Positions 1 through 6,323 of a DNA stretch of 43,040 nucleotides are shown piece after piece (within the stretch, counting starts at the first letter, position 1; the number at the start of each line of letters is the position of its first letter). The stretch lies in IMG/VR virus record IMGVR_UViG_3300045988_035187. One strand, written 5' to 3'. The position numbers and the translations under genes were made by a program. Source of the stretch: a virus. The notes below the pieces were generated by a model. It had not been told where the DNA came from, made no database searches, and worked only from the letters and a program-made list of their open reading frames with translations.

Positions 1-150
1 GCCCCGAACAGGTTGGCCCTGGACAGGTTGGCCCCGAACAGGTTGGCCCCGGACAGGTTGGCCCCGGACAGGTTGGCCCCGGACAGGTTGGCCCTGGACA
101 GGTTGGCCCCGGACAGGTTGGCCCTGGACAGGTTGGCCCCGAACAGGTCG
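1..150. repeat. 15-bp tandem repeat, 10 units (gccc[c/t]g[a/g]acaggt[t/c]g)
   Basis: Direct reading: three unit variants plus one terminal variant. On the minus strand each unit encodes one A-N-L-x-x pentapeptide. Confidence 0.95.
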
Positions 151-227
151 GCCCGTTTTCCGCCATTTTCGCCTCGTATCCATTTAAGGTGCTTGTCCAA
201 AATATTTTTCAACTCTTGTTTGTCCAT
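1..227 (-). CDS. Pentapeptide-repeat protein, 5' part (continues at 43040..42569 on the circle)
   Basis: ATG at 227 preceded by AAGGAGGAAT. Reads [30 protein letters not shown] then [15 protein letters not shown] repeats. No stop before position 1. Confidence 0.85.
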   Translation of the reverse strand, partial: MDKQELKNILDKHLKWIRGENGGKRADLFGANLSRANLSGANLSRANLSGANLSGANLSGANLFGANLSRANLFG

Positions 228-230
228 GCG

Positions 231-407
231 TTATTCCTCCTTGTAAGTCTCCCGGAAGCTGCCTTCGGGGAAATCGAACTCCACGGTGAAATGATGGTGC
301 CGCTTGTTGATGGAGACCACCCAACACCGTCTAGGGCCGTTCTTTTCTTTCATGAATGCGCTGGTGTCCAGTGTGGGCGTCATGTACAGTACGTCTCCGA
401 CTTTCAC
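231..407 (-). CDS. Small hypothetical protein (58 aa from GTG 407; the track ORF extends to 446)
   Basis: GTG at 407 follows GGAGGGAG and overlaps the upstream stop (GTGA). The start choice is uncertain. Confidence 0.5.
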   Translation of the reverse strand: MKVGDVLYMTPTLDTSAFMKEKNGPRRCWVVSINKRHHHFTVEFDFPEGSFRETYKEE

Positions 408-508
408 CGCTCTCCCTCCATCCAGGAAAGGAAGCGCATGAACCATCCAGCAACCTTGGCCGTTCCAATGATAATGATTGCCGCCACTATACCCATTTCA
501 ATGCTCAT
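404..508 (-). CDS. 34-aa hydrophobic peptide ([34 protein letters not shown])
   Basis: Below the track cutoff. ATGA overlap with the upstream gene and GTGA overlap with the downstream gene. One predicted TM helix. Confidence 0.4.
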   Translation of the reverse strand: MSIEMGIVAAIIIIGTAKVAGWFMRFLSWMEGER

Positions 509-717
509 GCGCTCACCGTTCTTTCGGCGATCCAGCGATCTAGCAAAGCCTTATAGATATAGCACCATTTGACTTTCTTGCCGTCCTCGGCCATTACGCA
601 GTCCCCGAACGGGAAGACTTTCTTTTGGATGCCATCCCGGATAGTCTCCGGAGTAATACGCAGCCCCACATTGCGAAGGACTTCTGTTGCTTCGGCCGCA
701 GTCAATGCTTCAATCAT
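505..717 (-). CDS. Small helix-turn-helix DNA-binding protein, excisionase/AlpA-like
   Basis: 70 aa, AGGAGG RBS. TAAEATEVLRNVGLRITPETIRDGI resembles MerR/excisionase-type HTH. Sits in the early lytic operon. Confidence 0.55.
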   Translation of the reverse strand: MIEALTAAEATEVLRNVGLRITPETIRDGIQKKVFPFGDCVMAEDGKKVKWCYIYKALLDRWIAERTVSA

Positions 718-783
718 AAAAACCTCCTTGATTTCTCCCTCTGGAGGCGATATACTGTATCCAAAGGGATTGTTCGTGGTTGC

Positions 784-951
784 TCAATTCTTGCCCTCGT
801 CGTGTTCGCAGCACGGCGGGGGATTTTCTTTACCCAGCCGGATTGCCTCGTCAAAGGTCATGCCATAGGCGGCCCGGTTGAGCCTGTCCATCAGATGCTT
901 CGTGTTGCGTGCCTGGGCTTCCAAGTCTTTGATGCTGTCTTTTTCGTTCAT
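784..951 (-). CDS. Hypothetical 55-aa protein
   Basis: ATG 951 preceded by CAAGGAGGTTTTT, the same RBS block as at 717. Below the track cutoff. Confidence 0.5.
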   Translation of the reverse strand: MNEKDSIKDLEAQARNTKHLMDRLNRAAYGMTFDEAIRLGKENPPPCCEHDEGKN

Positions 952-961
952 AAAAACCTCC

Positions 962-990
962 TTGTCATTTGACCCGGAGGCGTGTATAAT
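962..990 (+). promoter_or_regulatory. Sigma-70-type promoter facing right: TTGTCA-17 nt-TATAAT
   Basis: -35 at 962-967, perfect -10 at 985-990, 17-nt spacer. Lies antisense inside the minus-strand early operon. Confidence 0.45.
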
Positions 991-996
991 AACCTC

Positions 997-1075
997 GCGG
1001 GCCTGTTGGCTGGTTCAATAGGTCTCCGCAGCCCTCGTCAGTGTTTCCGGCACTGGCGGGGGCGTTTTTATTCTG
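997..1075 (+). ncRNA. Candidate ~80-nt antisense sRNA (promoter 962-990 to terminator 1031-1075)
   Basis: No plus-strand ORF. Promoter and intrinsic terminator are about 80 nt apart. Overlaps the 3' end of the minus-strand gene 1068-1337. Confidence 0.3.
1031..1075 (+). terminator. Intrinsic terminator
   Basis: 12-bp stem CCCTCGTCAGTG/CACTGGCGGGGG (2 G-U pairs) followed by CGTTTTTATTCT. Confidence 0.55.
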
Positions 1076-1337
1076 TATAGAGGCCGGTCGAGGCTAGCAT
1101 GAGTGCCTCAGAAATTGCGCGGTCTCTGGCCTGCGGTCCCTTTCCCGAGATTGTTCGGCCAACAGATGGAGCAGGTTTCCCATGGAGGCTGTCTCCCCAT
1201 GCCTCTAAGTAGAAATTTGCGTTCCTCCCCTGGTTATACTGTCGGACACAAATACGATAACCCTTGAGAAACTTTCCTTGTCCGCGGTTATCCCATGTCT
1301 GCCTGTCAAATTTCACCGTTCCTTCCCCCTTCCTCAC
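1068..1337 (-). CDS. Hypothetical early protein (89 aa)
   Basis: ATGA-coupled to the Cro-like gene upstream. No motif recognised. Confidence 0.6.
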   Translation of the reverse strand: MRKGEGTVKFDRQTWDNRGQGKFLKGYRICVRQYNQGRNANFYLEAWGDSLHGKPAPSVGRTISGKGPQARDRAISEALMLASTGLYTE

Positions 1338-1531
1338 CCCTCATTCTGATCTGAAAGAAGCTCGTCTACAGTTACGCCGAAGTAATCCGCTACTTTCTTG
1401 ATGGTCTCTAGACGTGGAGAAGAGGTCCTCCATTTTCCAATTGTTCCATTTCCGATCTCGGTAGCGGTCTCTAATGCCCAAACGCTCACTCCCCTCTCGC
1501 TGCAAAGGCGCTTCACATTATCAAAAAGCAC
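1334..1531 (-). CDS. Cro-like XRE-family HTH regulator
   Basis: 65 aa, GTG start after GGGGGGTG. RLCSERGVSVWALETATEIGNGTIGKW is a Cro/C1-type HTH. First gene of the leftward early operon. Confidence 0.8.
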   Translation of the reverse strand: MLFDNVKRLCSERGVSVWALETATEIGNGTIGKWRTSSPRLETIKKVADYFGVTVDELLSDQNEG

Positions 1532-1549
1532 TTTTTCACCCCCCTATTT

Positions 1550-1723
1550 ACTAGAAAAAACTTGACGAACTTTAGAAAATAGTCTATTATTGTTTTGTCA
1601 GGATAAATAGCTATTTCAAAAGCCCTAGTTAATGGAGGGCTAGGTTTTTTGTGCCCTCTGTACCTCTTATAATACTAGAAAAATTTCTATCTGTCAAGAT
1701 ATTTTTCTAGTTATTTTTCTAGT
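1550..1723. promoter_or_regulatory. Immunity switch: face-to-face promoters plus 10-bp operators ACTAGAAAAA
   Basis: Rightward TTGACG(1562)-17-TATTAT(1585). Leftward TTGACA(1697..1692)-17-TATTAT(1674..1669). Motif ACTAGAAAAA at 1550 and 1674, inverted TTTTTCTAGT at 1702 and 1714. Confidence 0.6.
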
Positions 1724-1739
1724 TGCTTTGAGGTGTAAA

Positions 1740-2129
1740 ATGTACACGAACGAAGAGATTGTTGAAAAAATTCGTGAACTCGCAAAGAGAAAGAATACTT
1801 CTTTAACTGATATTGAAAAAAATCTTGCTTGGTCTAATGGAAGAATAGGGAAGTGGAAATACGCAAAAAAATACCCGCCAAAACAAGATTTGGAACTTGT
1901 AGCGAGAGCATTAAAAGTTTCTATCGAAACTATTACTGGAGAGAAAAAAAGAAAGCCCGCCTCCACATCTGGAGACGAGCTCGAAGAAGCCATTATTATT
2001 GGGCGAGATGGAAAGAAAATTAAACGGACTTATACAAAAGATCAAATGGATGCAATCAGAAAAGTCATTGATGTTATGCCATTTGTCAACGACGAAGAGA
2101 TATTTGATGGTTCGCTAGATGATTTTTAA
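1740..2129 (+). CDS. XRE-family HTH repressor (CI/ImmR-like), no peptidase domain
   Basis: ATG 1740 after GAGGTG. N-terminal HTH (IRELAKRKNTSLTDIEKNLAWSNGRIGKW). Divergent from the Cro-like gene. Confidence 0.8.
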   Translation: MYTNEEIVEKIRELAKRKNTSLTDIEKNLAWSNGRIGKWKYAKKYPPKQDLELVARALKVSIETITGEKKRKPASTSGDELEEAIIIGRDGKKIKRTYTKDQMDAIRKVIDVMPFVNDEEIFDGSLDDF

Positions 2130-2703
2130 TAAATGGCTCAAACTGCTTGTAGACTTTCCATTCGGTTGACGATCTAAAAAAGTAAGAATATCCACGTTCG
2201 GCCATGTATGTATCATCTAGGGCGCAAAGCCGTTGTAGCTTATCCCAACTAATATTTGCTGCCTGATAACTGATTGCACATAAATTCTCAATAGAATAGG
2301 CACTATCAACCTTCATCCCGCGCAAGACGCAAGTAGGCGCCAATAACATAGAACTGAAAAGATTTGCCTCCTTTTCTTCGGGATCGTTTTTGTTTCCTGG
2401 TTCGCGCCTGACTGCGCCTTCTATGCACGCATGGCCCAGAGCAAAGTGCCCGATTTCATGTGCAATCGTGAAATTCCGTCGTGTTAACGGTTGTTGTTGG
2501 TTATAAAAGGCAATTGATACGCCATCTGTTTGGAACAAAAAGCCATCGGCTCCAATGGTATGATGAACTAACCCAAGTTTTTGGATAATAGAATACCCCT
2601 GACTGTATGAAAAAAGGCCAATTCCAAGTCCTTTGCAAACCTTTCTCAAATCAACTGGCAATTCACAAATTCCACATTTGAGTAAGACATCCCATGCAGT
2701 CAT
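2086..2703 (-). CDS. immA: ImmA/IrrE-family zinc metallopeptidase
   Basis: HEIGH motif in FTIAHEIGHFALGH followed by EKEAN. ATG 2703 after GGGAGA. The 3' end overlaps the repressor gene by 44 nt. Confidence 0.85.
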   Translation of the reverse strand: MTAWDVLLKCGICELPVDLRKVCKGLGIGLFSYSQGYSIIQKLGLVHHTIGADGFLFQTDGVSIAFYNQQQPLTRRNFTIAHEIGHFALGHACIEGAVRREPGNKNDPEEKEANLFSSMLLAPTCVLRGMKVDSAYSIENLCAISYQAANISWDKLQRLCALDDTYMAERGYSYFFRSSTEWKVYKQFEPFIKNHLANHQISLRR

Positions 2704-2745
2704 TTTGTATTCTCCCAATATCGAACATTTGTTTTAGTGACTGTT

Positions 2746-2774
2746 AGTATAGCATCTCTTATTCTTATAATCAA
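2746..2774 (-). promoter_or_regulatory. Promoter for the immA-like gene: TTGATT-17-TATACT
   Basis: -35 at 2774..2769, -10 at 2751..2746, 17-nt spacer, read on the minus strand. Confidence 0.5.
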
Positions 2775-2857
2775 TTAGAGAAAAACGCCAATATATTTTT
2801 CCATATTTTGGTGTTGACCTACATCTTGTGGTCTAATACTGAAAGAGGGATATTTAA

Positions 2858-3190
2858 ATGACAAGAGAAGAATATTTTGCATCACCGTCCCGCCCAACCA
2901 AAATAAAGATGTGCAAAGAAACAGCAAGAGTAGATTTTTTATTCCATATCGGGCCTGATTTGGTTCCCCCTTATAAAGATGGGGACCGTCTGATGATACA
3001 GAAACAGCCAGATGTGTTTGAAGGAGAAATCGGACTTTTCCTAATTGATGGGAAACCGCATGTGAAAAAGCGCGGAAAAGACTGCCTGATTTCACTAAAC
3101 CCGTCTATTGAACCCGTTCCAATGAGTGATAACGTTCAGGGTCTAGGAAAAGTGTTGGGTGTTGTTGACCCTGAATGGATTGGAAAATAG
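2858..3190 (+). CDS. Stand-alone LexA/CI C-terminal (S24)-like domain protein lacking the catalytic Ser
   Basis: GPDLVPPYKDGDRLMI...GEIGLFLIDGKPHVKKRG aligns by eye with GDSMxPxixxGDxvlv...vKrl. The Ser position reads Asp. No HTH. Confidence 0.55.
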   Translation: MTREEYFASPSRPTKIKMCKETARVDFLFHIGPDLVPPYKDGDRLMIQKQPDVFEGEIGLFLIDGKPHVKKRGKDCLISLNPSIEPVPMSDNVQGLGKVLGVVDPEWIGK

Positions 3191-3210
3191 TTGAATACGG
3201 AGGGGATAAA

Positions 3211-3588
3211 ATGGAAAATGAGATTTTACAACCTGGGAAAAAGTTTTGTAAGCATTGCGGCCAACAGATAGATAAAGATTGCATCGTATGCCCGATTTGC
3301 GGAAAGCAAGTTGAAGATTTGAAAGCAAATCAGCAACCCGTTGTAATAAATAATACAAACACCAACACAAATACCGTTGATGTCAAAATGGAGAACAGAG
3401 GGAAAGAAAAAAACAAATGGGTAGCTTTCGTCCTCTGCCTTTTCCTTGGAGTTTTTGGCGCTCATAAATTCTATGAAGGGAAAATATTAATGGGCGTCAT
3501 TTATATCTTTACTGGTGGCTTATTATTGATCGGGTGCATTATTGATTTGATTGCAATTTTAATGAAGCCAAATCCGTACTATGTATAA
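3211..3588 (+). CDS. Zinc-ribbon + TM2-domain membrane protein
   Basis: CKHCGx12CPICG ribbon. C-terminal KNKWVAFVLCLFLGVFGAHKFYEGK is a TM2-type motif. RBS GGAGGGGA. Confidence 0.75.
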   Translation: MENEILQPGKKFCKHCGQQIDKDCIVCPICGKQVEDLKANQQPVVINNTNTNTNTVDVKMENRGKEKNKWVAFVLCLFLGVFGAHKFYEGKILMGVIYIFTGGLLLIGCIIDLIAILMKPNPYYV

Positions 3589-3643
3589 AATTGGAGAATT
3601 GAAAAAAGAAAAAGACATCCTTTTTTGATAAGGAGACCGCAAA

Positions 3644-3898
3644 ATGTTAGATGAAAAAGACTTACAGGCTATTGCCCAGTTAATGGACTCTAAAATGGCC
3701 CAGCAGAAAAAAGAAATCATCAGCGAAACTATGGTACTCATGGAAGCCTACTTTGACCCCAAATTCCAAGCCCTCAGTGAGCAGATCAATCCTGTCCCTA
3801 AAGAGGCCATAGACATCTTGGAGGACCGGGTGGACGATCTGGAAAAAGCGGTGGAGTTACATACTCAGCAGATCAATGAGTTGAAGAAAGCGCAATAA
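3644..3898 (+). CDS. Coiled-coil protein, paralog A (84 aa)
   Basis: AAGGAGA RBS. Ends LHTQQINELKKAQ, shared with the next gene. Confidence 0.6.
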   Translation: MLDEKDLQAIAQLMDSKMAQQKKEIISETMVLMEAYFDPKFQALSEQINPVPKEAIDILEDRVDDLEKAVELHTQQINELKKAQ

Positions 3899-3910
3899 AG
3901 GAGCTTTTCC

Positions 3911-4177
3911 ATGACGAACGAAGAAAAGATTTTAGAATTACTGGAAGCGCAGGGAAAAAAGTTAGACACCGTATCGCAGGAAATTTCCAAAATCAATCTG
4001 ACGCTTGAAAATGAAATCCGTCCAAATATGCAGGCTATGGCTGAAAACATCTCCTCTATCAACAAGAAGTTAATTACCAGAGACGAGATTGACAGCATGA
4101 AAGAAGAAATCGCTTTCCTCAAGGATATTATCCGTATGCACACTAACCAGATTAACGATCTCAAGAAAGCCCAATAA
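3911..4177 (+). CDS. Coiled-coil protein, paralog B (88 aa)
   Basis: AAGGAG RBS. Ends MHTNQINDLKKAQ. Tandem paralog of 3644-3898. Confidence 0.6.
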   Translation: MTNEEKILELLEAQGKKLDTVSQEISKINLTLENEIRPNMQAMAENISSINKKLITRDEIDSMKEEIAFLKDIIRMHTNQINDLKKAQ

Positions 4178-4207
4178 AAAACGCCGTCAGGTCTCTCCTG
4201 GCGGCGT
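4176..4207. terminator. Hairpin ACGCCGTCAGG/CCTGGCGGCGT with an A-tract on the left only
   Basis: 11-bp stem (1 mismatch), 5-nt loop. The U-tract exists only for minus-strand transcripts, so it may block antisense read-in toward the lysogeny genes. Confidence 0.45.
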
Positions 4208-4222
4208 ACTTATAAGGGGGAG

Positions 4223-5308
4223 GTGTCTTTTTTGAACTGCATACGTTGCAAAGCGGAGTTGCCTGAAGGGGCAGCATACTGTCCTACCTGCGGAAAGAAA
4301 CAGACTGGCACTCCCCCACGAAAAGCCCTGAAACGGGCCAATGGCACCGGAACAGTCTATAAGCTGTCCGGCCGTCGGCGCCGCCCATGGGTAGCCGCCA
4401 AGAATAAAGTAATCATCGGATACTATGAGCGTAAGACAGACGCTATAGAAGCTCTGGAAAAACTGTCTGGTCGGGACTTGTCGGAGCGGTACAACATGAC
4501 ATTTGCTGAGGTATTCGAGATATGGAAAGCGGAGCATTATCAGGAAATCGGTGAAAAGGGCGTTGAGGGATATAACCGGGCCTTTGCTGTGTTCGCCCCG
4601 CTCCACGAGAAGAAGTTCCGGGACCTGCGCACAGCAGATTTTCAGTCGGCCCTAGACCCACACATGAAAAAGTCGCACTCCACCGTGTCAAAGTACAAGC
4701 AACTGATTACGCAGATGTCCCAATGGGCTATCCGGGAGGAAATCTGCACCACCAACTTTGCCAAATTCGTCCGGCTCCCGGAAAACGTCAAAAAGGAAAA
4801 AGACATCTTTACAGATCAAGAAATCGCAAAACTGGAAGCTGATAACAGCGAAACGGCGAAAATCGTTCTCATGCTGATTTATACAGGTATGCGTATTGGA
4901 GAATTGTTCTTACTTCCTCTTGCGGACTACCACGGCACCTATGTCGTAGGTGGAGAAAAAACAGAGGCGGGGAGAAACCGCATCATCCCCATTCGGCCCG
5001 AGGGGCGTAGATGCTTTGCGTACTTCGCTCAGCAGGCAGACGGACCGCTGCTCCTGTCTGGATATACCGGACAGCACCGCCCGGAAAACTACCGAAAACG
5101 GGATTACTACCCTCTGTTGAAGAAACTGGGCATTCCGCAGAAAAACCCGCATTGCACTCGGCACACTTACGCCAGCTGGGCAAGAAAACAGGGAATGGCT
5201 CCGGAGACCTTGCAAAAAATCCTGGGCCATGCGGATTACAGTACCACAGCAAATATCTATGTGCATACAGACGCAGATGAATTGATACAGGCAGTCGAAA
5301 ATTGTTAG
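4223..5308 (+). CDS. int: Tyrosine recombinase (phage integrase) with N-terminal zinc ribbon
   Basis: TGMRIGEL, HCTRHTYAS, LGHADYSTTANIYVH supply the R..HxxR..H..Y catalytic set. CIRCx10CPTC at the N-terminus. Start is GTG 4223 or TTG 4232. Confidence 0.9.
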   Translation: MSFLNCIRCKAELPEGAAYCPTCGKKQTGTPPRKALKRANGTGTVYKLSGRRRRPWVAAKNKVIIGYYERKTDAIEALEKLSGRDLSERYNMTFAEVFEIWKAEHYQEIGEKGVEGYNRAFAVFAPLHEKKFRDLRTADFQSALDPHMKKSHSTVSKYKQLITQMSQWAIREEICTTNFAKFVRLPENVKKEKDIFTDQEIAKLEADNSETAKIVLMLIYTGMRIGELFLLPLADYHGTYVVGGEKTEAGRNRIIPIRPEGRRCFAYFAQQADGPLLLSGYTGQHRPENYRKRDYYPLLKKLGIPQKNPHCTRHTYASWARKQGMAPETLQKILGHADYSTTANIYVHTDADELIQAVENC

Positions 5309-5431
5309 AAATTTGTTAGTAACCGAAAAAAGTTTTTAAAAATTTTCCTCGATTTAAGTTTCGATTTTCCTTGAAATTACTCGGTTTAACCATTCTACAA
5401 TGTTTTGAGAAAGTATAATACTATATTTCAC

Positions 5432-5471
5432 ACGCAGGAGGTCACTGGTTCGAGTCCAGTAGTCTCCACCA
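5432..5471 (+). pseudogene. 3' fragment of a tRNA gene (T-arm, acceptor 3' strand, encoded CCA) = attP core
   Basis: ACTGG-TTCGAGT-CCAGT T-arm, then AGTCTCC-A-CCA. No matching 5' acceptor strand (GGAGACT) or D-arm upstream. Confidence 0.8.
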
Positions 5472-5474
5472 AGA

Positions 5475-5510
5475 AAACCCTAGAGCCACAAAGGTTCTAG
5501 GGTTTCTCTT
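5475..5510. terminator. Bidirectional intrinsic terminator
   Basis: 13-bp stem AAACCCTAGAGCC/GGTTCTAGGGTTT with T-rich tracts on both strands. Ends the tRNA remnant (+) and the cargo operon (-). Confidence 0.7.
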
Positions 5511-5552
5511 TGTTCAAAAGACTTTGTGCTTGTTAGTAACGCGTAAGTAACA

Positions 5553-5894
5553 TTACAATCCTCTAATCTTCCGCATTACCCCATTATATACTCTCGGATT
5601 AGCAACCTGGAGCGTATCCATCAAGTCATCCATGATGCCCCATACCTGCTCCTCGTTTCTCCCTTCAACCTCGCGGAGAAATTCACTGTCTCCGTATCTC
5701 CCGACCTCTACAGGCATTTCAGCCGGAGCCGCAGAATAGGCTTGCTCATAGGTACGACTTTGCATTTCCGGTTCTTGCTTCTTCATCTGGTTCTTGATGG
5801 TGTACAAGGTTGCCAATTTAGCGTATGCGGGATAGCTGCTCTCTCCATATTCGAGGCGCGCAATCTCAATGTCGATCTCTTTGGGGTCTAGCAT
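5553..5894 (-). CDS. Hypothetical cargo protein (113 aa)
   Basis: ATG 5894 after GGGGGTG. Last gene before attP. No motif recognised. Confidence 0.6.
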   Translation of the reverse strand: MLDPKEIDIEIARLEYGESSYPAYAKLATLYTIKNQMKKQEPEMQSRTYEQAYSAAPAEMPVEVGRYGDSEFLREVEGRNEEQVWGIMDDLMDTLQVANPRVYNGVMRKIRGL

Positions 5895-5909
5895 AGGGGT
5901 CACCCCCTA

Positions 5910-6311
5910 TCAATCCCGTTCCAGCTCAGTCATAAACCGGCGGATGGCTTCACGCTCCCTTTCGTTGGTCGCGTCCTCCATCATTTCGCGGGCCTGCTCC
6001 ATCATAGCCTCTTTGGAGTCGTGGCGGCTGTATCCGCCTATGCGCCCATCCCGGCTATAACGTCCCATGGAATCCCGCTTCCGGCCACGGTAGCTGGAGC
6101 CGCGGGCATAAGTGCCGCGCATATCAGCCTCCCAATCCCCGGCCCGGCTGTATCCACCATCCTCTTCAAACATTTCAATCTTGTATGTCTTCTCAATGCC
6201 GCTCAGCATATTCTTGATGATCTCTACATCACCGATAGCAATTTTCCCGTCTTTGATGGAATCAGACAGGAGATCGCAGAGGATTTCTCTGACTTCACTG
6301 TATTCTCTCAT
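5910..6311 (-). CDS. Hypothetical protein with a central R/G/Y/S-rich low-complexity segment
   Basis: 133 aa. Contains GGYSRAGDWEADMRGTYARGSSYRGRKRDSMGRYSRDGRIGGYSRHD. No family recognised. Confidence 0.6.
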   Translation of the reverse strand: MREYSEVREILCDLLSDSIKDGKIAIGDVEIIKNMLSGIEKTYKIEMFEEDGGYSRAGDWEADMRGTYARGSSYRGRKRDSMGRYSRDGRIGGYSRHDSKEAMMEQAREMMEDATNEREREAIRRFMTELERD

Positions 6312-6323
6312 GTTTTTCTCCTT

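Larger units (their letters stand above)
5302..5551. other. attP region: arm repeats TTGTTAG(TAAC) flanking a tRNA-derived core
   Basis: TTGTTAG at 5302. TTGTTAGTAAC at 5313-5323 and 5530-5540. GTAAGTAAC at 5543-5551. Core is at 5432-5471. Confidence 0.7.

Noticed and set aside
1-150. CRISPR array
   Set aside because: The 15-bp units are contiguous with no spacers, they are coding, and no cas genes are present.
13-246. Plus-strand [16 protein letters not shown]... across the 15-bp repeats
   Set aside because: It is the antisense reading of the repeat array. The minus strand has a proper RBS and ATG at 227 and gives canonical A(N/D)Lxx pentapeptides that continue in frame at the other window end.
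1621-1650. Bidirectional terminator between the switch promoters
   Set aside because: The stem is only 5-6 bp and the T-run is offset by 3 nt in the better register. It is too weak to call. It may instead be an operator-like CTAG element, so it is mentioned only inside the switch finding.
5427-5433. Assigning the attP tRNA fragment to tRNA-Val(CAC)
   Set aside because: The putative anticodon stem 5' strand (TATAT) does not pair with GCAGG. Similarity to the tRNA probably ends near the variable loop, so the isotype cannot be read from this window.
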